A DNA stretch of 64,000 nt from Cladosporium halotolerans (GCF_011745625.1 NW_027191452.1:434001-498000), one strand, 5' to 3'; shown: positions 20,926 to 33,755, numbered from the stretch's first letter. Made by a program: numbers and translations. The notes: generated from the letters alone by a model not told the origin.

Positions 20926-22594
20926 ATGTCGCATCCAACCATGGGCTCTGTCTCGAGTGTCCACTCAGACGCGGAAAGCGATTTGACATATGTGATTTCC
21001 ATTGCCCCTAATGACGAGTTTGGGAAATTTCTCCATCTCTATAGGAGCTTTTGGATCCGGGTCCTGGATGTCGATGCGAACAAGCCTCATATCGGACAGC
21101 CGAGCGACAAATACCGACCAGGCCGGAAACAACGCACTTTGGCGGACCTCTCGGCAAAACTTGATCTTCAAGTCATGACGATGAAAGGCTTGCGCCAACT
21201 CGACTTCGCCAAATTTCTTGACACTTTTAGGAAGAAATGGAAACATCTCAGGAGATGCCATAACGTCCACTTCAACGCTTTCTGGCAGGAGGGTTCTGTA
21301 GCTTGTGACCCAGAGAAACTGCAAGAGCTCCGGAACGCCTATGACTTTGCCCATTCAAGGGACCCTAATCTGCCCGAATATTCGACTTGGTTGCCGTTCG
21401 TTCCGGACGCTGGCGGCGAGATCGATCAAGTTCCTGAGGACAGCCCTATGAGAATCATCGAGCAATCAACTGTTGCCGGCGCTTCAGAGCCCGGAACAAG
21501 CACGGTCTCCGACTCTGACGGAATGCCGCAACTTGATCCGAATGAAATCTCCCACAACGTCGCCGAGGGCCAGGGTCAAAGGTACACCTCTATGGCACAA
21601 AGGACAGCCACAGCTCACCTTACATTGCCAAGTGATTTCGACTTGCATGAACCAGACACCGCTGGACCATCACAATCTCTGACGGGCCCAAACAACAGCA
21701 TGATCTTGCCACAGCCTCAAGCGCCGCTTGCAATCGAAGACGTTAGCAAGGAACTTCACAGAGTCGACACCTCTCTCTTGATCAGTGTCTCAGCGCTGGG
21801 CCGGAATCTCGGTTTGAAACAACGATCATGTCCATTTTCACCCGAACCCAACGAGTTCGTCTTGCGGATGTACATGAGATGCTGGGGCCAGGATTGGAGA
21901 TCGCGCTGCCAGGCTCTCTTGAGAGAGAACAAGCGTAGCATCATAGACGACACCATGGCTTTGGTCTCCGCGTTCGTCTTCGAGAACGTCTTCCAAAGTG
22001 ACCCACCAGAATGGATTAACGCCCCAGTCCATCCCGCCGACGGCCCATCAGAGTACGGTGAGTAGCATCATACATCCCTAAATTGTACCAACGACAACTA
22101 ACCGCCCCGCAGACCACTCGCCCGCCAACCACGCCAGACGCCCACTGACCACCACACCAGCACACCTTAACGCACACGCCCAGAACCTCACCACCAAGCT
22201 TCTAATCGCCCTCGACCCCTACCTCGCGAACCTCACGCGGCTCAGCCACATGATGTACATCTCGCCGCGCGCGCCGCACCTCGACGACCGCGCCGCACAC
22301 CGCGCCTTCGAGACCTCGCTTGCCGAGCTCATCGCGCGAGCGCTGGGCCTCAAGATCGACGTGGACGCCTCGGGGATCGCGGCGGAGCACTTCTGGCCCG
22401 CGAGCGGCGAGGCGTTCGATCCCTGGCGCATGCGCGTCGACTGCAGCTTCGACTACGGCGTGCCGGGCACGCATGCGGTCGCGTTCGCGAAGTTTCAGGG
22501 CGTGAGACTGCGGTGGGCGGCGGGGCGGGAAGAGGACGGCTTGGAGGTCGTGTGCCATGCGGATGTGGTGTTGCTGTATGTGAGGGATGAGTAG
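20926..22594 (+). CDS. Hypothetical lineage-specific protein, 2 exons
   Basis: The 379-aa ORF is joined by intron 22058-22112 (GTGAGT..CTAAC..CAG) in frame to the 22250-22594 ORF. No recognisable domain. Confidence 0.65.
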
Positions 22595-22685
22595 CGCGGC
22601 GGGCTGCGAGGGTTGGTAGTACTACGGTAAAGTATCACAATGCAGCTTCGACTTTTGGGACCCCTTGACTTCACGGTCATATCCC

Positions 22686-23090
22686 ATGCCCGCCATCCAA
22701 AACTTGTGTGCTCTGTACGTGAGTGCACTAGGCAGATCCGCGCATATCACTTACCAAGTTCACCTTAACTCCCTTAACCCACATCCCCCTCAGCACCACT
22801 ATTTCCTCACCGCACTGCACCGCACAGCGACATATCATCACCACGAAAACGAAGCACCATGCCAATTCGCGCACCAAGACCTGCGCAGCACGTCGGTCGC
22901 GCGCCCAAAGGCTGCGCCACGCCGCAACCGTGCTGCAGGCAACTGGGGCGATTGGGCGGCGATCGCTCGCTCGCTCGCTCGCGGGCATGGTACCTTAGGG
23001 GGTGAGAGATATTGCGGGGAGGAGGGTGATTGGCTGGCGGTACGAGAGTGGTTGATCGGTGCGGGATTTATTAGGTGTACTCTGGCTTGA
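22686..23090 (+). CDS. Possible small orphan gene
   Basis: ATG at 22686, an in-frame candidate intron (GTGAGT..CAG) at about 22720-22793, and the 5' C-rich/3' G-rich skew seen in real genes here. No recognisable domain. Confidence 0.2.
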   Translation: MPAIQNLCALYVSALGRSAHITYQVHLNSLNPHPPQHHYFLTALHRTATYHHHENEAPCQFAHQDLRSTSVARPKAAPRRNRAAGNWGDWAAIARSLARGHGTLGGERYCGEEGDWLAVREWLIGAGFIRCTLA

Positions 23091-23687
23091 ATAGGAGGCT
23101 TAGATATTTGCTCAGGCGCGCTGGGGATGAGTGGTCTGTTGAGGTGGACTTGGAGGGATTGTGGGGTCCACGGTGGGTTGCGCTGGGCAATGTTGTGGTC
23201 CGGCGGCCGTTGATGCGGAGGGGGTTGAGGCGGAATGGAATGCGAGATAAGGTTCGTTGGCTTGGATGGGGACTGTGAAACGGGGTCGTATGGATGTGCG
23301 GCTGAGATATCGTGCGCAGAGTGATGAGAGGTGAGCAATAGTAGTTCAATTTGCAGTAATCCACAGAGACATGTGGAGGAGAGACCTCTGAGGGCCGAAA
23401 AGTATTAATCTGACAGGCTCTGTCAAACGCCGCCAACACCATCGCTAATATCTGATAACAGTCCCATGATAATTTCCGCTGTCCCAGCGCCGCAGAATGC
23501 CGGGAAGCGGCATACAAAGAGGTATCTTGTTCACATGACGAAAAGCAAAAAAACAGAAAAGCAGAAATGTGTCCGTTTCGAGGGATGCCCGTGGTATCAT
23601 CACTCGTGTTCCGCAGCCGCAGAGGAGGTTCAACGCCGTCGCCAAGTAATCGCGTTCAGAAAGTGTTCAAGAGAGTCGAGTTCGGCT

Positions 23688-24638
23688 TCACTCAAGGTTA
23701 ATGCCCTTGAGCATGAGGTTCTCCCACCAGCCGCGCAGTCCGAGGACGGTTTCTCTGCCGTCGTCGCGCTTGTCCATGCCAGCGGGGTCGCCGACGATGC
23801 CGGCCATGAGCCAGTAAGCAGCCACTACCCATGCCGCGACCGCTACCCCGATGCTGAGGACCGGGCTGACGCAGTGCACGAAGACGAGCATTCCTGGGTG
23901 GAAGACGCCGTCTTCGTTCGCGTGAGGCGGAAGTGGCGTGTAGATGGACTTGAGCTGGAGGTTGAGGGCGGGACCGAGCAGGGAGGCGAGTTGCTGACCG
24001 AATGTGATCCGTCGTGCGCAGAGGCGGACGGGTTGGGAGAGGGTGGTAATGGCGAGAGATATGAGGGTCCAGATGAGGTTGAGGAACGAGAGTGCCACCA
24101 CAGGGCCAGACAGGAAGAAGAGAATCTTCATTGCCTTGGCTTCTTGTAGGGCGAGTCCAGCGTCGATTTCGGACTCAACATCTGAATAGGTAGCACTGAC
24201 GGCATCTTCCCTGGACTGACGGCGGGAGTGGCGAGAAGAGCGATGTGAGCGTGGTGACTGAGCGCTGTAAAAAGCCTTCTCAGGATCCCTTGCACTGTCT
24301 CGTTTGCTCCGGCGGCTCTCCCTCTCCTGATCCTTCGCGGCGTTCTTCTCGAGATCGAATGATGACATGGCTGTCAGGGTAGAGCTTTGGCCAGCTGAGG
24401 ACATGGAAGCGCTTTTGTGGCCAGGGCTGGACGGTGCTCGTCGCGAAGACGGCAGGTCGGTTGTCGCCAGTGCTTCGTCGCTGTAGGTGTGGTCTGAAGT
24501 CCGAGCCGGGAGCCGGGCGGTAGGCTCGGGATACCTGGGCGTGCCGACCGGGTGGGTGGCCGGACTCGCGAACGGGTCGACGAGGACGGGTCGAGGGCTG
24601 GCGGTGTATGGCGAGTTGGAGGATGCCTGGTCAGACAT
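23688..24638 (-). CDS. Conserved fungal hypothetical membrane protein
   Basis: 316-aa ORF with a disordered S/R-rich N-terminus, two hydrophobic segments, and C-terminal IVGDPAGMDKRDDGRETVLGLRGWWE. Confidence 0.75.
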   Translation of the reverse strand: MSDQASSNSPYTASPRPVLVDPFASPATHPVGTPRYPEPTARLPARTSDHTYSDEALATTDLPSSRRAPSSPGHKSASMSSAGQSSTLTAMSSFDLEKNAAKDQERESRRSKRDSARDPEKAFYSAQSPRSHRSSRHSRRQSREDAVSATYSDVESEIDAGLALQEAKAMKILFFLSGPVVALSFLNLIWTLISLAITTLSQPVRLCARRITFGQQLASLLGPALNLQLKSIYTPLPPHANEDGVFHPGMLVFVHCVSPVLSIGVAVAAWVVAAYWLMAGIVGDPAGMDKRDDGRETVLGLRGWWENLMLKGINLE

Positions 24639-25095
24639 GTTCGCTAGGGAGGAGCCAGAGTGGTACGTCGGGCGGCGGTGCCGCAGAGCTCATGGGCGGG
24701 CGCAGGATACAGGCGCAGGGCCGTGGGTGTCGGCGTCGGCGTCGGCGCGGTGGTGACGGGCGCTGGGCGTGATGGCGGTGGTGACGGGCAGCATGGGGAG
24801 ACGGGGCGGAGGGTGCGTGGCTCTATGTATCCAGGTAGTGCTGCGGTGCCATGGCTGGCAGCACCTCGCGCCCTCCGCCCAGGCCTTGGGGTAGCACCGC
24901 GAGCACTAATCGCCAAGGTATTCCAAGAGCATGCCGCCAAGAGCCAAGGGATGAAGTTGGAAGCGTTCGAAGGGCGCACGCGCCAGGCGGGCGTGAGCTG
25001 GCCGCCGGCCAAGAGGCGACGACGCCCATCGCAGCGCAGCAGCGCGCGCACCCGTCGCACAGCCTTTGCCGACCAGACACCGGCGGTGTTGGCGC

Positions 25096-25170
25096 CAGAC
25101 AGGGAGCAGTAGGTAGTACTGAGGCAGACAGGGAGCAGTGAGGCAGACAGGCAGTGAGGCAGGCAGGCAC
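25096..25170. repeat. Degenerate short tandem repeat (GAGGCAGACAGGGAGCAGT-like units)
   Basis: CAGACAGGGAGCAGT occurs twice, followed by TGAGGCAG and GGCA units. Confidence 0.6.
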
Positions 25171-27988
25171 GCAGGACCTCATCGCCTCCGCCCACCGGCA
25201 GCGGCGTGCAGCGGCCGGCGACGCAGCTCCACGGCGACAAAATGCAACAGCAATCTATAGAGGCGTCGAGCCCGCCAGCGCCCTATGCGGGTGTGTCCTG
25301 CTGTATCTACTGTATCTCCATACCACTCCCGCCCGCCCTGTCCCAGCGGCCGCGGCCCTCTCCTCCGTCACACCGTCATCCTGCCCAGCACCCCAGGCCT
25401 AAGACGGCACCGACGGCTCTCACGGAGTCACGGCTGGCGGGCGCGCAACCCTAACCACGACATCGATGGCCTGCACTGGAATCATGTACGAGACGGCCGT
25501 GACAGCGTCTGCCTCTGTCTTCCAAGGTTTGTGCCTCCGCGCAGCCGTTGATAGATCTCCCCATCTCCGCGGCGTTGTGCCCTGCCCCTACCGTCGCCCC
25601 AAACCCTCCCACGCCTCCGCCACAGCGCTGCCACTCCACCCTCCTCCTGGGCTCGCCTGTCTGCGCTTGGCTGGCGCTGCGTGCCAATGCCTCAGCTCTT
25701 GACCACCGCCTGCGTCTGCCTTTATCTGCCATCACGAGCTGCGCCGATGCCGCACGCCTCCCGCCAGTCTGCCATGCTCGGCGCCAGCTGTGACTGTCCG
25801 CCGGCATCACGCCAGCATGCGGTCTGCCTCGCCCTTGGCTCACGGCGAGGCAGCGATCTCTGAAACATATGCGCGTTGCCAACGCGCGGCGAATACTCAC
25901 ACCCTCGACAGGTCTCTCCGGCGCCTGTGCGCGCACATGTCAAGCTTCGCCGCCGCGCCCTATCCGTCCGCACAACCCTCTATACGGTCAAACAGGTCGG
26001 ATGGAGCGGCAGCACTGCTCACCTCTCCAATTTCTCGGTCTGGACGTGTGAAGGCGACAAATAGCCTTTGTCTTGCCCTGGGCGTGGCGTTCCCTGCGGC
26101 TCTCCGTACCAGAGCTACTCTAGTTTCAGAAGGGTGCAACGTCTATTGTAAAGCGAAAGCAGTAGTGTCGAATGAAGTCATTCGCAGTCTGCCTTACTGC
26201 CGTAGCAAACCCGTGCAACCAGACCAACGTATCATTGCCTCATCGCCGTTTTTGCCCATCTGCGACCGGCGCCGCCCTATTGGGCACTGGCGGCAATTGC
26301 GCCCAGAGGCCAAGGCCAAGCGCCATTGCTCCGGGTTGGAAGCCGACGAACACCCCATCATGAATGGCTCGCCTGATCTGATCATCCCATTTGACGTCTG
26401 GTGACAGCGTGCGCCGTAATAAAATATCACTGTATGGGAATTCGGCTGGAGCATGCAATCATCTGTTCCGCGACCGCCGAGCTTGGTCTTGCATGAACCG
26501 CGTTCGTCCGCGCCGTCATCCTACACCAAACGATGGCGTGCCGGACGCCGGCTGGAGATGCCAAAGCGATCAGCGCCCCAGCTGGCGGAGATCACCACTC
26601 CACCACCACCACCTCACCTGCGGTTCGGCCTCCGCACCGCCCCATTCAATCTCCATATGCCCTTTCCCGGCAGTCACGAAATCGAGCCCTTGACAACACA
26701 AAATCGATCTTCATCCCACTTCCTCCTCACGCCCTGTAGCACGCATGCATCCTGCCCCTCCGAGCGACGAACTTCTGGCATGGTCATCATCGCCAAGCGC
26801 CCATCCCACTCCCAAACTCGCCCACTCCACTCCCTAGCGCCCCTCGCGCCCGCGGAAAATCATCACAGAGCCTCAAGCCTCGGAACCAAAGCAATAACCT
26901 GTACAAATCCTTTCCTAACCCCAAGACCGAGCACGGGCACGCGGGAAGAAAACTCCTCCCCATCCCTACGCGGCGCCGTGCCTGTATTGCGAGCTAGTCC
27001 ACAGCCCTTGCCTTCTCTCGCTAAACCGTGCGTGCGTGCGTGCGTACGTACGTGCCCATCACCAAACCAAACGAGCGACCGGCAGGATCAGCACCGCGAT
27101 CCTTCGCCTCCGCCCTACGAGCGGCAAAGGCTTGCGGCGCGGCGCGTCAGCGCCAATCCTCTACGTTCGAGCCTGATACCTTCCTGTCGTACCTAGGTTC
27201 GGTTCAGCCTTGGGGAACCCCTTGCATTCCTGCCGATAGGCTTCTGGCCCTGCGCTGCGTGCTTGGAACTGTTGTCAGAGCCTGGGCGTGATGACTCCCT
27301 CATCTGTCACGGAGGGTGTGCGCATGTGCATGCCAGGTCCAACGGCGCGATGACCGTCCCGCGGAACGCTGGATGGCGTGCGAGGAGGACTGGAGTAGTG
27401 CCCAGAGACCTTTCACGTCCAGACACAAGTGTCTTTTGACATTTGACCTGGACCTGGTGAGATATTGCGGGGTCGGGAATAATGCGAAGGCCCGGGTTAC
27501 CAAGGCCTTTGGGGTCTCGCCAACTGTTGCTCGTCGATCGGTAGTGACTGCTAGTACTGTATAAGGTCATATCGACGATTGTGTCTACAAGACGACTTGG
27601 CGTAGCCGAATGTTCTCCGTGACACTGAGCATGGACCCAGGTAGCGTATGGCCATCGCTATTGATAATGCTGCATTTTGTCGTCGACGCTTCCGCTAGAG
27701 TAATGTCGTTGCGAACTTGGGAACACTGGATGAAGCGATGTTTCTAGCAATGGCGTCGTCTAATCGGTCAGAGAACATTCTTCAGCGCCGAGTAGAGGAG
27801 CTCGCCCTGATGCGCTTAGCGTTATTTTCATGCTGCAATGGTCAGAGAACATCAAAGAACATGTGTCGTTGATCGGCCTTCAAGAATGCCTCTTTAGCAA
27901 TTGAAGGGCTTACAATATTATTGCCATTCGCTAATCAGTCGTATGTCGTACAATGCAATCGAACTATTACCTCAATCGAACTATTCCC

Positions 27989-30388
27989 TCAAGTACCCTC
28001 ATACGTCGCAGCCTGCCTCGCCTCACTCCTGGCTTTCATGTCCCGAAACTTGTCACCACCGGCATCAGACGTAGTGGCACCAGCATCCTTACCAGCCTTA
28101 TCAGCAGCAACGCTCGGGCTCGCAGACCTGCTACCAAAACTCGGCTTCTTCGCCATCCACTGCAGCTTCGCCTTCTCCATGGCCACGGACGCGCTCGTCC
28201 CAGCCTGCGTCATCTTCGTGCCCGCCCATCCAATGTAGGACTGCTCGTTCTTCTTCTCAATCTCCTTCTCGAGGTCCTTAACATGCTGGTCCGAGATCTC
28301 TTTACTCTCAGTCTTCTCCAGCGCCGCGCCGCCGCCCGCAGCGTCCTGCGCACCAGCGGCCGCCGACCCAGCCGTCCCAGGAGCGCCCTTGGCCTCCTCC
28401 TGCTTCTCCGACTCCTGCCTCTGCTCCTCCTGCTTCGCCTCCTCCTCCTTGAGCGCCAGCACTTCCCTCTCGAGCTCCTTCTGATCCACATCCTCGAAAC
28501 CGATTTTCTGAAGAACAGTACCCGTCAGAAAGCGGTAGCTCGTGTGGCCAGTGACGAGATCCGAGACATCCACGTTCTCCACCCCCTTGACGCCCGCGAT
28601 GGCCTGCAGGCCCGCGACGCCGTACTGGATGCTGCTGCTGCGATACAGGAAGGCGAGGATGTAGTCGTTCGTGCTGTAGACGTTGATGACGCGGCCGGAA
28701 GCCACGCTGCGCATCGTGCGCCACTCGGCGCTCGTCGAGGGCGCCGGCGCGCCCATGAGCACGACGGACTCGACGAGGCCGAAGGCCTTGCGCTCCGCGA
28801 GCTTTTGGAGGCAGGTGTAGATCACGCGGGCGCCGAGGCTGTAGCCGATGAGGGTGACGGGGCGCTCGCCTTGGGCTTTGTTGATCAGGGCGTCGGCGAG
28901 GACTTCGCCGGCCTTGGAGGCGCGGGAGGAGGCGACGCTCCACGGGTTGTCGATGACGCGGGAGACTTTGAGGAGAGCTAGAGGCCAGAGGCCTGCTGTG
29001 AGACTGGCGAAGACGGTGCGCTTGATGATCTCGCTCTTCGCGACGCCCCACGCGGCGGACTTGACCATGCTCGTGAGGGAGTTGCCCAGGTTCATGAGCG
29101 CCTCGAGCTCAAAGCGCAGCGCGAAGCCCTCCATTCCGACACCTATGACTTTCCAGGGCTCGACGACCTCATCCTTGTCTGTGAGCCAGCCGCTGATCCC
29201 GATAGCGACGCGGAGCCTCCTATACTCCTTCTCGATCTTTCGGGGTTTGTGGTAGGTTGTGATCGGGATGAAGGCGAAGTCCTCGATTTCGCGCGCGTAT
29301 TGGTCCATCATCTTGCCGGTCATGCGGCCGCCGTAGGCGCCAAACAAGCCGCCGACGAGGACGGAGCTTCCGGCTAGGGTACCCAGGTATGCGGCACCAG
29401 CGGTGGCTCCAAGGCCCAGGCCTCCCATGACTGTTCCTAGACCTGCGGCCAGAAGGGGAGCTGCGAGTCCTCCAGTCACACCGATCAAGGCTGCGCCGGC
29501 AACGGTGGCTAATCCGACTTTCCACTTGCGCATGTCGGAGCCTTCTTCTTGCCGTTTCTTGGTCTCTTCGTCGGCACGCATTGTTTCGGCCGCGTTCAAA
29601 AGACCGCGGGCGACTTTGCTCTCATCATCTGCAAGGAAGCTGGCGGGGAGATCGAGGCTGGACGTCAGGTAGAGCAGAAGAGTCCGTGAGTGAGCGTGGT
29701 AGTGCTCCAAGCTCAAGATCAGAAGAAGCATTGAATGCAAGATCAGCGCCCTCTTCTCCTGCGGAAGCTCCTTCAACGTGCTCTCCACAGGCGGGTAAAG
29801 TTTGGCCAGTGCCTCCTTCACATTCTCATCGTCTTGAAGTCCAGCGGAGATTCCACCGCTCTTGGCAGAAGAAGGTCGCTCAGTCTTGGGGTTGGATTTC
29901 TCTTTCTGTTCCTCGGCCCTCTCTTTGGAGTTGACGACCTCGCCAACTCGCAGGATCACTTGCTCTCTCCAATCGTCGAAGTATGTGAGCGCGTCTTTCT
30001 TTAAGCTTTGCATTTTAGAGCTGTTGACCTCTCTCTCCCGCGCTTGCAATTCCTTCTTCGCCTTCGCCTCCTTGTCTTCTGCAGGTACGTCGGCGAGTCC
30101 AGGGTCCAGGTCCGGGTTGAGCATTACTTGCTCGCCTGAGACAGGCTCCATGTGCGCGACATCGTCATATTGCTGGCCGGTCTGATTGGGATCGAATGTG
30201 TCGAGTAAGCTCTGGCGCATGAGTTCCGAGCAATCGGCAACGAGGAGGGTGAGAGCGGCCCGGTCTCCCTCGGTCGGCAATACCGTAGTCAGCGACTCGC
30301 CCTCTTCGTCCCTTCTCGCATGTTGGCTCTTGTCGCGGGAAGCGGACGCTCCCCAAGGCGCTTTCACTTTGCTGAACATGCCCGCCAT
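27989..30388 (-). CDS. DUF726 family membrane protein with alpha/beta-hydrolase motif (MIL1/TMCO4-like)
   Basis: Contains KWKVGLATVAGAALIGVTGGLAAP, IDNPW, GERPVTLIGYSLGARVI and NVYSTNDYILAFLYR. Confidence 0.9.
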   Translation of the reverse strand: MAGMFSKVKAPWGASASRDKSQHARRDEEGESLTTVLPTEGDRAALTLLVADCSELMRQSLLDTFDPNQTGQQYDDVAHMEPVSGEQVMLNPDLDPGLADVPAEDKEAKAKKELQAREREVNSSKMQSLKKDALTYFDDWREQVILRVGEVVNSKERAEEQKEKSNPKTERPSSAKSGGISAGLQDDENVKEALAKLYPPVESTLKELPQEKRALILHSMLLLILSLEHYHAHSRTLLLYLTSSLDLPASFLADDESKVARGLLNAAETMRADEETKKRQEEGSDMRKWKVGLATVAGAALIGVTGGLAAPLLAAGLGTVMGGLGLGATAGAAYLGTLAGSSVLVGGLFGAYGGRMTGKMMDQYAREIEDFAFIPITTYHKPRKIEKEYRRLRVAIGISGWLTDKDEVVEPWKVIGVGMEGFALRFELEALMNLGNSLTSMVKSAAWGVAKSEIIKRTVFASLTAGLWPLALLKVSRVIDNPWSVASSRASKAGEVLADALINKAQGERPVTLIGYSLGARVIYTCLQKLAERKAFGLVESVVLMGAPAPSTSAEWRTMRSVASGRVINVYSTNDYILAFLYRSSSIQYGVAGLQAIAGVKGVENVDVSDLVTGHTSYRFLTGTVLQKIGFEDVDQKELEREVLALKEEEAKQEEQRQESEKQEEAKGAPGTAGSAAAGAQDAAGGGAALEKTESKEISDQHVKDLEKEIEKKNEQSYIGWAGTKMTQAGTSASVAMEKAKLQWMAKKPSFGSRSASPSVAADKAGKDAGATTSDAGGDKFRDMKARSEARQAATYEGT

Positions 30389-30767
30389 GATTCGCGGCGG
30401 GGTTCTTGACAACAATCAGAGGTCCAAGGAAGGTTGGGACGTGAGGACTCAAGTTGATAGACTCCCCGCCTAGACCCCCAAAAACAAAACCGGTGCTACG
30501 TCATAGCAACGCGGCAACGCGGCTGAAGATCGCCCGGCCCCACGCGAGGCGGCGCCGGCCCGACCGCCGGCGCGTGAAACGGCCACGCGTGCTCGTGAAA
30601 CAGCTCCCGATCTTCAAGAGGGTAAACGTTACAGCTGCGTCGTGTCCCCAGGAGCCCGGTCGATGTCATTTGTGTAGACTGCTCCCAGCGAGTAACCTTC
30701 CTTCTGCCGTGCTTCTATGCGGCCGTTCGTTGTGGTCCCGTTCCTTCAACCCTCCCTATGATTGAAC

Positions 30768-32955
30768 ATGGATCTGCAATCGCCCCTCACCCAGCAGAGC
30801 CGTCCGGAGTATTTTGAGCCTAAAATAGTCACGCTCTATAAGGAACTTTTCAGGGTAGGCGCTATAAGCTCAAATCCAGCTAGCATGCGACACCATTGAC
30901 ACAACGTAGGATGTCGAAGGCGAAGAGCACACCGAGGGGTTCTGGAGGGAGCTCTTTCTCTTGAAGCCGGATGTTCCGCGGTTGAAACAGATTTTGGATG
31001 ACATCGATGCGGATTACCTCCTCCATGCCCCAGTAAGTTTTCGATTCATCGATTGGCATCGTCGCAAACCTGACCGGCGCTCTTTAGCACCAATCTCGTC
31101 AATTACTCCTCAGAGCCGTCGCCGCTGTAAGGGAAGGGTCTGCTCCCGCTGACAACAACGCCCTCGATGTAAGCTTGCAACGATTGTTCGAGTGCGGGTA
31201 TTGAGACTAATGACTTAGACCCTCTCAGTATTCTTCTCTGTCGTCTTGACGAAGAAATTCACAAACCCTAGTTCTGACATTATTGATGTCTTGGCCGGGC
31301 TCGACAACGTGGATGCCGTCTTCTCGGATCTCGTAGCTACGCTAGAGGCCGCTATCAAGACTGGCCGTGATGGTGAGTACGAGTTTCTTTAATTTCATAG
31401 TGAGTGCTAACATCGTCAGTCTCCACGAGACAAAAGGCCATCAGGGCCGCCATAGCTGTAGTCGCGGGCGGCTACCAAACGGCACTTGTGTCGTACTTTG
31501 TGCATCGAGACTTCTTCCCAGTACTAATGAGCGTACGTTTTCCACACACATGACTGCCGAACGAGGAGCTAAATCGAACGGGTAGCATATTCTCGACATG
31601 GACCATCCTTTGCGAGCGTCGGAGCCCTTCCTGCTGGTCGGCCTGCTCGCCAATTATGACAAGTTTGAGACGCACAACCAATACAGGGTGCGATTGGCTG
31701 ACTACGTGGAAGAGAGTGCCATGCAAAAGGTTGTTGAGTCTATCGGTTGGACATGCAAGCTTCTGCAGGACCACTACATTGCCATCTTGGATGACACCCC
31801 CGTAGCTTGGAGTATAGGTGGGACTCTATCCTACGTTGGTCTGGGTGCACTGACGAGAACAAAACCGGCTGCTCCAGTCTTGAGTGAAGAGGAGCAACGC
31901 AAACTTTTCGCGGAACAGTAAGTGTGTTCGTGCCCATGTGGAAGTTCTCTAGCTAACGCTATTGTAGACCAGGACCACAGGCCGCGTCGGTGCTTGCGCT
32001 CTACGACTTCGCCTTGGCTAATAAGGTATTCCGCCAGAAGTTGATCGCTCAACCGAGTAGCGACAAGGATGTGGCCCCACCTTTCAGTATGTTTCTGTCT
32101 TACACATCATACTCGTTTCAACACGCCTATCGCACGACTCGATCGTCACTATATGCTCACTTGACGATCATCCTACTTTGGATCCTTGTGGAAGATCCCA
32201 CAACTGCGACCCTACTCTCCGAGACTACAGCAACCGTACGACTATGCCGTCAACGGCCTCCGTACTTGCTACCTCCAGCCAAAGAGGATCGTCCGTATAT
32301 GGCTGCTATTTTGGACATCTTCATCGACGGCATCAATCACAACCTTCGCAAGCGCTTGGACACGGTGTTCTATAACCAGAGCATTGTCGTTCTATCACGC
32401 ATTCTCAATCACTTCGCGAAGACTCGAGCGAAACTGACGTATCACTGGAGCGAATTATGGAGGTGTTTGCTCGCATTTGTACGTTTCTTGACAACATACG
32501 CCGAGGACTTGAACACGCTGCCCGGCACAACGAGCGTAGTGCGGGACTTGGTGGACCTTCTCACCCTGGCCTTGAATACCGGCGAGAGCTTTCTCCCCGA
32601 CTCGGCATCCTACGATGACTTGTTCTACAAGCTCGTCGAGTCAGGCGAGGCGTTGACGAATCTGCGAACCGCCTACAATCTGGCCAAGCCAGACGACCGC
32701 GCATCCATTAACACACTAATTGGCGTTTCCACGCACTACCGCGAGATGATCGACGAACACCACAAGGGCAGAAGCACGAATCTCAGTCCAAGAGAAGTCA
32801 GCAAGATTATCAAAATGGGCTACGAGACTTTGTCGATCGAGACCAGAGAAGGGCTCGAGATTGGAAAGACGTTCAGAGAGGCGGATTGGAAGAGTGTCGT
32901 CAAGCGGGCTACGAGAGTCGCTGTGGCTGATGCAGCGGCTTTGGTAGCTTCGTGA
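30768..32955 (+). CDS. ARMH3/C10orf76 (DUF1741)-like armadillo-helical protein, multi-exon
   Basis: Starts MDLQSPLTQQSRPEYFEPKIVTLY, with several short GT-AG introns between 30855 and about 31967. Contains LLANYDKFETHNQY, LCRQRPPYL, YHWSELWR and YDDLFYKLVE. Confidence 0.8.
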
Positions 32956-33017
32956 ATGATTCATATACTCTTGTCGATCGATGTCTATTCGACATCCTAA
33001 CCGATGCCTGTGCGACT

Positions 33018-33755
33018 TTATGTGAGTGACCCTAGAGCTCCTCCCAATTTTTCAAATGCCCACTCCAAACATGCGCTGAGATCGCCCTGCTTATCCTGAG
33101 GCATGATATCTATGTGTAATCTATCTGCAACCTGCGAGTTGACCTCGCCCTCGACATTTCCATCCTCGAACAAATACTTGTGATCATTCACATAATTCGG
33201 CCAAACGATCTTGTCAACATAGCCAGGCGGGTCCGCCCAGAATCCCTCAAGCGTCACGTAACCACTTCGCGCCTCGCGCCGCCTCTTTGCCGTCTCATAG
33301 TCGGTACGCAGGAACAGCTTCACGTCGAACGTGTCCCTGACCGCCTGCATTTCCTGAGAATACAAAAGAAACCCATCAACAATCGCCACCCGCACACCTC
33401 CCTCCCCTAGTCCCGCCGCCTGCGCCTTCAACCGCTCGATCAGCGCCCCATCAACATTCACCTCGCCAACAGAATTCTGATCCTCCTTGCTCTCGAAGTC
33501 CGGCGGCACGGCGCTGTGTGCCTTGATGTGTTTGAGCGCGGATTCCAGCGCGGGTAGATTGATGGATTCGAGGCAGTCCCAGTCCGCGATGTTGTGCTCG
33601 GGGCTCATGGGTATTTCGGCGTCGGTTTTGTAGAAATCGTCTTCGTGCAGGATGAAAGCGTTGGGCAGGATGTCGCGGAGGAGCCGGGCGATGGTTGTTT
33701 TGCCGCTGGAGGAGGGGCCGGAGAGGCCGACTAGGAGGCATTTTGGGGGGGACAT
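33018..33755 (-). CDS. NRK1: Nicotinamide riboside kinase
   Basis: P-loop GPSSSGKTT, LHEDDFYK, DWDC, IVDGFLLY and RREARSGYVTLEGFWADPPGYVDKIVWPNY. Confidence 0.9.
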   Translation of the reverse strand: MSPPKCLLVGLSGPSSSGKTTIARLLRDILPNAFILHEDDFYKTDAEIPMSPEHNIADWDCLESINLPALESALKHIKAHSAVPPDFESKEDQNSVGEVNVDGALIERLKAQAAGLGEGGVRVAIVDGFLLYSQEMQAVRDTFDVKLFLRTDYETAKRRREARSGYVTLEGFWADPPGYVDKIVWPNYVNDHKYLFEDGNVEGEVNSQVADRLHIDIMPQDKQGDLSACLEWAFEKLGGALGSLT

